DNA of 55,437 bases from Basidiobolus meristosporus CBS 931.73. Its lineage: Eukaryota; Fungi; Basidiobolomycota. Of this stretch, positions 46,356 through 55,437 are shown piece by piece (position 1 is the stretch's first letter; the number at the start of each line of letters is the position of its first letter). The stretch lies in contig MCFE01000588.1 in NCBI GenBank assembly GCA_002104905.1, positions 1 through 55,437 on the forward strand. The letters run 5' to 3'. The notes under the pieces are model-generated. The model was not told the DNA's origin, searched no databases, and saw nothing but the letters and a program-made list of their open reading frames with translations. The position numbers and the translations under genes are program-made.

Positions 46356-49117
46356 ACCCCACCTGTTAATATTCATAGAGCACCTAAGTCCCCCATGTAT
46401 TTTGTACTTTTCGATTAACCGCAACATGTATTATCTAACGCCACGACCTAAGCATTCCTGAGTTGTGATAAGCAGCTCAGTTCTACTCTCAGATTTATCC
46501 AATGTAATTGCTGAATAAATATGGCAATAGCAAGAACCCACAGTGCGACCATCTTTTTTTCATTTTTGTGGAATGGGCGTCCTGGGGATTTGTAATTGGC
46601 CGATCTTTGTCAGCGCACCTCGTCCACTCTATTGTATCGGCAATGATATACTCCCATTGTAGGCGCCCGTAGGTAGTAAAAGTAGAAATGATGCGAGCTA
46701 GAGCCAGATTGCTATTCGGGGGGGGGGGGAGTTGTGTCCCGGCTCGGGTGACCTTGATTTCATTCACTTAGTAGTCAATGGTTGGTCACAGATATAACAA
46801 GGCAAAGTAGCCCAAGAAGCGCTGTGTGCTCCAGATCGGAATGGCAAACCACCGACTTCCTCTAGCTGTTCAGATAGGGGATTCAAAATCACCGAGTTAA
46901 TGTGATAAACTGAGCTTGACGTGCCTGTACTTCTTGGCCAGCTGGTGATACCCTTTATGTAGCTTTTGCGCTCAGTACCAATTTGAAGGTGATCGATGAG
47001 ATCAAATCCGGCATCCAGTCGTGCCAAACAGGATCAAACCTTAATACACATTGGCAAGTAAGGTAATACCAGCAAGTCGCAGAATATACCTTTCCACATC
47101 AATTTGATATTGCCGTATGACGTTTGTAGGGGATTTTCCATATCTCCCAAAAGAACAATTCCTTCCCGGTGTTCAGTGATGGGGGTGTTGACTCTGGTTA
47201 TGGTTGCAGATTGAATCTTGCCAGCTTTAAGTGAGATTATCTGGACAGTGTTGGAATCGCATCTCATGGCATCGTTTGGTTTCATTAGGGAGCTGATCCC
47301 AGGCTTGTGTGAAGTTAGGTGATGGCCTGGGTCGTTTCGCCCTTGCGTGGTTAACAGTATTCCAACAAACACCATATTGTTTGGGGTGGACTCAGCTGTG
47401 TGGACACAACGCACTGTCTGCTCTATGGAAGGAATGTAACCGTGTTAGTTCATCCGGATATCAAGGTGAGCACCATTCCTCCTCTTTACCAACAATGCCA
47501 TATTTGGCTCTGAATATACCCGGACATGCCGTAACTAGCCGTATCACTGGGTTTTGCCATTGACCACTTTCCACCATTGGAGGTCGGATTGTTAATTGCC
47601 ATCACGAATGGGCCCACTCTCATTCATTGAGCAAGTTTGAGTGTGAATGATATATAATCAACGAGGCAGATAGGTGTGTACGGATGTTACATTAAAATCA
47701 TGGAAATATGAATCATTGATGGTCATGGGTGGGGCATGAAGATGTATCATGCATGCTGAATCTCTTTGTCAGATGATGCTCGTGATAATCAAGAAAAGGT
47801 AAAAACCCAATTCCAAAGGTACGGGCTCAGTGGTGGCTCACCTCATGACCCCTATAGCGACTGGCCAAGCCTGGAAAAGGATTGCCTAATACCAGGCCCT
47901 TTGGCTCAACTTCAACTTCGTGCGGCGATCCTTGTGCGGGCCGGCTGTCTGCATGCAGAGTTACCAAGAAAGAACAAATTGATCCGAAGGCACCCTTCAC
48001 GCACCATTGCTGGCAAGGGTGTCAGCCCAAGTTGCTAGGTTGTTTTCCCATCAATGTTCGAGTTTGAGGGAGCGTGAGTTTGCTTACAGGAGGTAGCCCC
48101 TACTCTGGTGAATCATGCAAACGTGACTTCTCGATAGCTTCATTGATTCGCTGGGTAATGAGCACAGTGTCAAGGATCCTCCTGTGATTCGCTGATAGAT
48201 ATTAATCTAAGGCAGCTGATCCTTATAAGATATCACTCAATATCGAGCTGCGCCACTGCCCATCGCTTGTGATGAGAGTTTGCAGAAATCATGCAAATCA
48301 GACTAGCTCGGTTAGACTAAATGGTTTTGCAGTGAACAAGGTGTTGCATGACGTAATCGGCCGATACTGCTCACAAGACCATGTTTCACAATGAGTAGAT
48401 TCCATCGGTACGCAACCAGAGGCGTGCCGCCCAGGAGGGAACATGAGCCATTGCCTTGTCACCGCGGTACATTCGCAACATGAAGGCAGAAGCGAGTCAA
48501 CACGATGTTGGCCATGACTATGCTCTTGACAACGATGTGCCCAATGGCCATTGTAAGGAATGATTTGGTCAGATCTAAGCACTCAAAAGTTTTAAACACC
48601 AAATGGCACGGGTTCTGATTATTTGTCAGGCACCAGACTTGTTCCAGAGATCATAAACCCTTATCTCCTTAGATGTGAGCATTTTTGGATTTTATCAAGC
48701 TTATTTTCCTTCCCAGAAGTCCCTTTCTTCCCTTTTCAGCTTCTCTTTAACCCAATATATTCATTTCCCCCTTGCCTCTGCGAAAACTAAATTGTTTTTG
48801 GTTCCTTTGTTGAAACGGAAGTATTGATCCTGTCGGTTTTTATTGGAAATAAGCTCTTCTAGAATACATTCCTATTACCAAAGAGGACCGAGTTGATATT
48901 CCAGCGTAGGCATTGTGTAGACAGATTATTTATTACTCAGCTCATCGTTTGCGGTATCTGTATTGGTGATTTCTGATTCTTCTCAGACCGATACGGAGTG
49001 TAATACACAAAGATTCAATCTTATATACACTTCTCTTCTAGCATAGTAGAATACTCAAAAACCTACATACCACAGGGGTTCCGCTTCTAAATACCTGTTT
49101 TCGGGATACAATTGGAA

Positions 49118-51227
49118 ATGATGGGCGTGCCAGAAACCGGTCAAAGTAGCAACACTCACGAATTCTCAAAATCAAAACGAAATGGCATATACGGAAATAA
49201 GACCGAAGTGGCATCCGAACGATCAGACTTCATGAATAACCGATACAACTATCTCATGGAGGCCTCGACTCTTAACGACGACTATGAAAATTCTCACGGG
49301 GTTTCTTCCAACACAACCAGTGTGAATGCTAGACACAACGGCTTCCACCCTGACGTGGCGCAAAGCTCTCTCCAAGAGAACGGGTTGAACGGCCACTTCC
49401 TTCCGAAAAGTAGGCACGGTAGTACACCCAAGGAAAAAGCGAAACCGTCACCCATGTCGATTATGGAGCTTTGCAACAGTGAGGACGCGGACGCTGCTGC
49501 TTCGGAGGAAAAAGATATCGCGGTCCAAATAGCAGCACAGGCTCTTGATGACCTGAGAACAATGGGAACGAACTATTCTGACTCTAGTAACACCCACAGT
49601 AAGTAGTGCCCACAATGTACTCCCACGTATCTTTCTAATTACGAACATATCGATGTGAACGCAGGCATCGCCAGCCCGACCACGTCCGAGGGGGACTACG
49701 CTTCAATGACCGAAATTTCCTCGGCCAATGAGCATTTCATCTCTCGCGTGAGTAATATCCCCCTGGTGAACACAGCTCTCAGGTTTTATGAACAAACCAA
49801 GGCAAATTCACGGGTGGTTAAGGTTGGTCTAATAAAATACGTGCAACACAACGTTATCATGCATTTATTTACGCAACCTTTTCACTAGTATGGTGTCGAG
49901 ACCGTTGAGAGTAGCGTCAAAAGCATCTGCCAGCCGGTGATAAACAAAATTGAGCCTCATCTTGGCCATTTGGAAGAATTTGCCTGCAGACAGCTTGACA
50001 CGGTACACATTCATGTATCATAGCGGACAAAGTCCATATCACAACAACAGGCTCTAATGCTGCTATTACAGCTGGAAAAGCGATACCCGTCCTTGATGGG
50101 GCAAGGGCTTCACAGCCCCAAGAGAAAGGACGACCAAGACATTTCTCCTAATGGTCCGTCATACTCTCGTCAGGAAGTCGAGTCCAGTTCAGAGATGCGG
50201 CGACGAGTGCGACGTAGAGAAGCTGAGCAAGAAGAGAACAGCGAGGATGAGGACTCATCACGCAAACGTACGCGTCTTCACTGCTTCAAAACCACTTGGA
50301 TCAGCTAACCTTATATTACACATCTTTAGACCGTAGCCCAGGCGATAACGAGCCTGTCGAAGTAAACCACTCTGCTTTACAACCAGTCGCTACCGCTGTG
50401 CAACCCAGAAGTAGATGGGAGCAATACCTTGTGGAGGCTTCGACTGCTGCTGGTGCCGGTGCTGCTGTATTCAGCGAAGAGAGCATGAAAGCACTGAAAT
50501 ATTGTCTTCAATGGCTGCAGGTATATTTCGTCGGTATCGGCATGACGCAAGATCTACTCATTTAGCGGCTTGTCCCACAGTTTGCTTCCCACAATATCGA
50601 CACCCAGATTGGGCTTTTGAGAGAATTTCTACTCCGCTTATCGCAGCCAGATTCGAACTCCTCTGCTATTGCCGTAGCGTCACCTACCCTAGCATCTATC
50701 AAACGGGAGGTGATTGAAACCCTTAGGAAAGTGGTAGATGTTGTTGGCAGATATGCAGGCGCCTGTTTGCCTGGAGAGGCAAGAAACCGTGTGCGCAACT
50801 TTATTCTAAATCTCCCTGGTCGTTGGGTAGGTTTTCTGCCAGAGTATACTGACATGCTGCTTATTTCTCATACCGCGTGTTGATTTAGGCCACAATTAAT
50901 ATGTATAGTGCCAGCCCGTCCCCTGCTTCCTCACCACTACTCGCACCCACATCCCCCAATGCCACACCATCACAGAATATGTCAGAGTCCGCTCACCGCA
51001 TTCTGACCCTAGCTACTGAGTCGCTGCTAATGCTCCAGAGCGTGGCGGGGATCTTCAAGGATAGTGTCGAACGTGCAGAATCCTGGGTGGATAGGTTGCG
51101 TAGCATGGGCATGGCATCATCAAGTTCCAATGGAGAGGATTATAGACTCTTGCCCCCAAACGAGCCAAACGCCGATCCGATGGTGGTTGAGGAGGATGGT
51201 CACGGAGACCAAATGGATGTTGAGTAA
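49118..51227 (+). CDS. OPI1: Opi1/Yas3-family transcriptional repressor (multi-exon)
   Basis: AAQALDDLR, FISRVSNIPLVN, SRVVKYG, FACRQLD, SEESMKALKYCLQWLQ, IKREVIETLRKVVDVVGRYAG.CLP.EAR..VR.FIL.LP.RW, RILTLATESL.ML. GT-AG introns at 49599-49664, 49823-49888, 50003-50071, ~50260-50330, 50521-50580 and 50827-50888. Confidence 0.9.
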
Positions 51228-52302
51228 CTTCCGTTGATATTTCAAACCAACAGTACATTTCCGTAGTCAAATTATTTTGAATTCTTTATTACCCCTCTGA
51301 GTTTTTCTGGTGTTCAATAATTAGTTTCGGGAATACTACCGGATCATTTTGGGTACTGGTTTCCATACGTTTGATTCATACAGTTGCCTCTAAAAATTTC
51401 AGCATCAAAATCAACCACCATGTTACTCGATGTAGTTTCGCATGCAATAAAGATGTGTATGAATGACAATGTTCAGCTAGGGTCCCTTGGAGACCAGTGT
51501 TTGCGATTGTTACTCAGCGGCCGGCCTTAAGGGCTCCAACTGTTGCCAGTCGCTGATAATATAGGAACAAAACACCATGGACGTGAAGCATCCTGCGCAT
51601 TAGTTGTCCTACAGATGGACAGTAGCTACATAGAATGGGTAGGAACTCCAAGGTGATCACTTGGTCACTTCAAGACCTCGACATGAAACAAAGGGGCTAG
51701 TCTGATGCATATCTCCCTCATTGCTCGATTCCTAGGTGTGCTGATTGTCCCCTAGAGGCACCCAATTAATATCGTTTGGCGTGCTAATGCACAGCATGGC
51801 ACCATGAGGTGAAATCTTCGGGTTAAGGGGGTAGATGACCGCCTTAGTGGTGAGGGCATATCTCAGTCTAGATCGTAAAGCCATGCCTTGTGGCTTCTAA
51901 CAAGCGGGTAGAGGAAAAGGAACATGCATGTAGATTAAGAGCAACTCGGCAGTATTGAAGGTACCGACGAAAGGAGATACGCGCAGATAAATTGCCAAAG
52001 AGGCGTTGGTAAGGGGGATGAGATGGGCTATGTGAAAGGATCGCGAATTCAGATACATAATGCTGCCGAATGTCAGCGAGGTTCCATATATGATTTTCCA
52101 AATAGCCATCGTGAGTACAGCGTACCAAGGAATGAATATGAATGAACTGTGAACCCCACATGCTTTATTTGGGCTAGAATACCATGAACTAGCTTAGGAC
52201 ATAATGGGTCAGTAATACGCGGTCTCGTCTGCCAGATAAGGTATTTGGGGAGAGGATCAGGGAGTACACAAAGAAGCTAGGGAAAGGCGCGGTCACTTCA
52301 AC

Positions 52303-53286
52303 TCATTTCCTATCTTCTTTCAGCCATACAACGTTCAGTGTCGACTCGTGGGGCTGAGAGAAGACTGGATTATAAAGCTCAGGCCGTCTTGCATTTCGGT
52401 ATCTGTAACCACCAGCCAAGCGCAATTTATCCTTTACCAGAGTGCTGCAACAAATCTCACTCTCGAGTGAGTGGCATTCGGCCAGGATTTCTCCATACGG
52501 GTCGAGTATCATGGAATGACCGCATTTCAATTGATCATGATCCATGCCGATTGGATTGGTGAACACAACATAGACCCCATTATCGTAGGCTCTGGCAGGC
52601 AACCAACGCATCAGCCATCCCCTCCCTTTAGGCCCGTCAAACTCTTGACGTAGGGAGACAGGGTCCGACTCCTTGTTCGCCCACAGAGCCGGATCCACAA
52701 ATCCTCTACCTGGCATTGGAGATGGTGTGCATCCTGTCACATGTGGCATGAAAATGATTTCGGCGCCGAGAAGGGTAGTGGCTCTTACGTTCTCTATGAC
52801 ATTGTTATCATAGCATATCAGTATCCCACACTTCCACCCGAATAAGTCGAAAATTACATACTCGTTCCCGGGGGAAAGGTATTGACTAATGAATGGATGT
52901 AGTTTGCGGAATTTCGCAACCAGGTTTGAGTTTTGAACGCAAATGTATGTGTTGTAGATGTTGTCGTTCTCATCTTTCTCGAATAAGCCGGCCAAAATGG
53001 TGACTCCAGTTGAGGAGGAAATGTCCATTAATCGTTTGGTTATCGGTCCATCTGGAATGCATTCGGCTACGTCAAGGAGCTCCTCTCTCGACAGGTACTT
53101 GGCATATGTGTACCCTTGGACACAGCATTCATGGAAGCTGATCACTTGGCATCCTTTTGCCCGAGCCTCAATTGTAAGACGCTCAATGGTATTAAGGTTA
53201 TGCTCCACTTGTCCATTAATGGCTTCGAATTGGGTGGCTGCGATTTTTAGAGTGGTCATGCTTATTGGTTTCCGGTGATTTTCCAA
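52303..53286 (-). CDS. Nitrilase/carbon-nitrogen hydrolase superfamily protein, bacterial-type subfamily
   Basis: Intact E-K-C triad (FHECC, FRKLHP, ICYDNN), WLPARAYDNG, SMILDPYG; intronless. Start at 53286 or 53259. Confidence 0.93.
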   Translation of the reverse strand: MENHRKPISMTTLKIAATQFEAINGQVEHNLNTIERLTIEARAKGCQVISFHECCVQGYTYAKYLSREELLDVAECIPDGPITKRLMDISSSTGVTILAGLFEKDENDNIYNTYICVQNSNLVAKFRKLHPFISQYLSPGNEYVIFDLFGWKCGILICYDNNVIENVRATTLLGAEIIFMPHVTGCTPSPMPGRGFVDPALWANKESDPVSLRQEFDGPKGRGWLMRWLPARAYDNGVYVVFTNPIGMDHDQLKCGHSMILDPYGEILAECHSLESEICCSTLVKDKLRLAGGYRYRNARRPELYNPVFSQPHESTLNVVWLKEDRK

Positions 53287-54004
53287 AGCCTCGTACCTTT
53301 ATATACTCGTGGATCACTTGTAGATGTGGATAAACCCATTGGCGAATCTATTGGTGGCCGAGTTCCGCAATTTAGCAATGCTTTCTAAAAATAGCCAGCA
53401 GCATACCTTCTGATACCATTCCATTCCAGGTGTGGTCTGGATTCCATGTGGGCAGCCAAAGCGTGTCCAGCATTAAAGGATGGCGTGGATGACCGGTCGG
53501 AGTATTCCGAATCAGCTATTGCGAGTTTTTGCAACATTGGTGGCGTTTTCTCAGCCGAAATGATCAAGCTAATTCACCTAAATTTACTCACGTTCATCAA
53601 GTAGAATACTTGTTATTTGCATCTGAACGGTTGTACACGAGCTTTCATTGGCGTTTGTGAATCCTGAGAGGATACTCCAAATACCCGCATCTGTATTTAG
53701 ATTAAACACGATCTGTTTCTATGTTTATTGGTATACAACTCATAATCGAATTGCTGAACTTCAAACTTTAAGGTGAAGGCTAAAGTTGACTGCAATTATA
53801 CCGCCTGTTTACTGATGGCTCACCTAGATTTTCAAATATAAGGCCCCTTACCCAATGATGTGCCCACGTCTGGACCGATTTTGCATTAGGATGGCTTCTA
53901 TATCCATAGGCTCAAGAAATAGAGATAAAGACCAAATCAAAAATAGGAATAAGGAAGAGGCTAATTGACTGGTGGCAAAATTGTAGGGTTAAGGGAGAGA
54001 AAGT

Positions 54005-55437
54005 TGTTGTAAGAGTCTTGGAGATATTGGAAGTGATTGAGAGAACAAGTAGATTATGTGGTTTTCACTTAATGATTTATTGAATGTAAAAGTGGTATTT
54101 ATACTTTTACCTGGTCTTGGCATTACAAACACGTAGAATAGGTTAAGGAAGGTCCCAAGAACATGTGTGCAAAGTTTGGGGCTGTTTGGACAACTTATCT
54201 AATTTTCATGCTCTGGGTAAATATTCCAAGTAAATCCTGACAAGGAATTTGGTCAGTATTCTCTAGGATTTGAAGGTGATGATCTAAGTGACTAAGTTAG
54301 GTGAATATTTAGGTGGAATTCCAAGTTTTTACAACACTCCCACTCAGCTAAATGTTCATACTGACTAGTCCTAATTTTGACCTAAGATATTCAAACTTGT
54401 CTCTAGCTAATGGTTTGGTAAATATGTCTGCAATCATTTCATCTGTAGAACAGTAAACTAAGCTAACTAAGTTATTCTCTATAGCTTCACGTATGAAATG
54501 ATGTCTAATATCTATGTGCTTGGTTCTAGCATGAAAAGTTGGATTTCTACCTAGTTGTATACATCCTTGATTATCTTGAAATAAAGTAATAGGCGTTTTT
54601 TGACATAGGCCTAAATCTGTAAAAAGCTTTCTTAACCACATTGCTTGTTTTGTAGCTTCACAGGCTGCCATATACTCTGCCTCTGTAGTAGAAAGCGCTA
54701 CGGTTGGTTGCTTTCTTGAATTCCATGAAATGGCTCCTTTACAGTAAAGAAAGGTGTATCCTGTGGTGGATCTTCTGTCTTCTAAATTTCGTCCCCAATC
54801 AGCATCAGAGTATCCCACAAGATCCTGTTCTGAATCCTTATAAGTGTATCTTAAGCAGATATAAGTAGTTCCTTTTAGGTATCTAAAAATCCGCTTAACT
54901 GCTGCAATATGATCAGATCCGTAATTCTGATTATGTTGGCTGAGAACTCCCACTGAATATGAGATATCTGGACGTGTTCCAAGCATGATATACATCAGAC
55001 TGCCAACCATAGATTGATAAGGAAAGTCAGGGCTTTCAGATGGCACCAAGCTCTCTTGATTTGGTTGAGTTTTGACCAAGTTAAGGTTTGTCACCATTGG
55101 GGTAGCTGCCGGTTTACAGTCTTCCATTTTGTACTTCTTTAGTATATCTTGAATATACTTGGATTGGCTTAGGGTAATAGTCTGGGTACTTCTGTCTATG
55201 GAGAACTTAATCCCTAAGTAGTAACTGAGTTCTCCTAGATGGGACATCTTGAACTCCTTAGATAGGCTGGATTTAGTCTCTTCCAATGTTTCTAGGTTAT
55301 TGGCGGCTATAATAAGATCATCCACATATAGAGTTAATAGAACTGGATTTGCTCTATCTGGCTTATAGTATATACTATAGTCAGCATTACTCCTTTTGAA
55401 ACTCAAAGATTCCAAATAAGAATCTATCTTGCAATTC
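54005..55437 (-). mobile_element. Young Ty1/Copia element (Copia C), 3' end; continues off the right edge
   Basis: LTR 54005-54336 (TGTTGTAA...TTACAACA), PPT TGAGTGGGAG at 54337-54346, same family as Copia A and B. Confidence 0.95.
54348..55437 (-). CDS. Copia pol C-terminus (RT plus RNase H), open frame
   Basis: LYVDDL, TRPDISYSVG, GYSDADWG, STTEAEYMA, HARTKHIDIRHHF, ADIFTKPL; uninterrupted over at least 355 aa. Confidence 0.93.
   Translation of the reverse strand, partial: NCKIDSYLESLSFKRSNADYSIYYKPDRANPVLLTLYVDDLIIAANNLETLEETKSSLSKEFKMSHLGELSYYLGIKFSIDRSTQTITLSQSKYIQDILKKYKMEDCKPAATPMVTNLNLVKTQPNQESLVPSESPDFPYQSMVGSLMYIMLGTRPDISYSVGVLSQHNQNYGSDHIAAVKRIFRYLKGTTYICLRYTYKDSEQDLVGYSDADWGRNLEDRRSTTGYTFLYCKGAISWNSRKQPTVALSTTEAEYMAACEATKQAMWLRKLFTDLGLCQKTPITLFQDNQGCIQLGRNPTFHARTKHIDIRHHFIREAIENNLVSLVYCSTDEMIADIFTKPLARDKFEYLRSKLGLVSMNI

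Noticed and set aside
46495-48582. Several 60-126-aa ORFs between the thioesterase and OPI1
   Set aside because: No recognisable domain, and trial splicing gave early stops; left unannotated.
51790-51870. GAGGTGAAATC resembling an SSU rRNA word
   Set aside because: The similarity is about 10 nt only, with no extended rRNA-like context.
30403-53286. The genic block as a biosynthetic or functional gene cluster
   Set aside because: There is no backbone enzyme, and the functions (receptor, carrier, chromatin factor, lipid regulator, hydrolase) show no shared pathway.

Overview
Eukaryotic, almost certainly fungal DNA: short 50-80 bp GT-AG introns, an Opi1 homologue and fungal TE families. Gene style fits an early-diverging, Basidiobolus-like fungus, but that assignment is inference. 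The window has two compartments with a sharp boundary. (1) 1 to ~29.77 kb is an AT-richer, strongly CpG-depleted nest of transposons that can be taken apart using target-site duplications (TSDs). An old inverted CMC/EnSpm(CACTA)-type element (~3.04 to >28.37 kb) hosts two Copia elements, several solo LTRs of two related Ty3 LTR families, a MITE, a truncated sushi-like Ty3 element and a complete younger copy of its own family (20435-26231, CCCTATGAAAAA TIRs, AGA TSD). A 733-bp foldback element sits inside one Copia. (2) ~29.8-54.0 kb is CpG-rich and genic. It carries a secreted Cys/His-motif protein, a 7TM GPCR-like protein, a mitochondrial glutamate-type carrier, a GNAT, a stand-alone I9 inhibitor, a KDM3/JMJD1-like protein with all three Fe ligands substituted, a hotdog thioesterase, Opi1 and an intronless bacterial-type nitrilase. 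A younger, CpG-retaining Copia copy starts at 54005 and runs off the right edge. All coordinates and alignments were read by eye; no searches were run.
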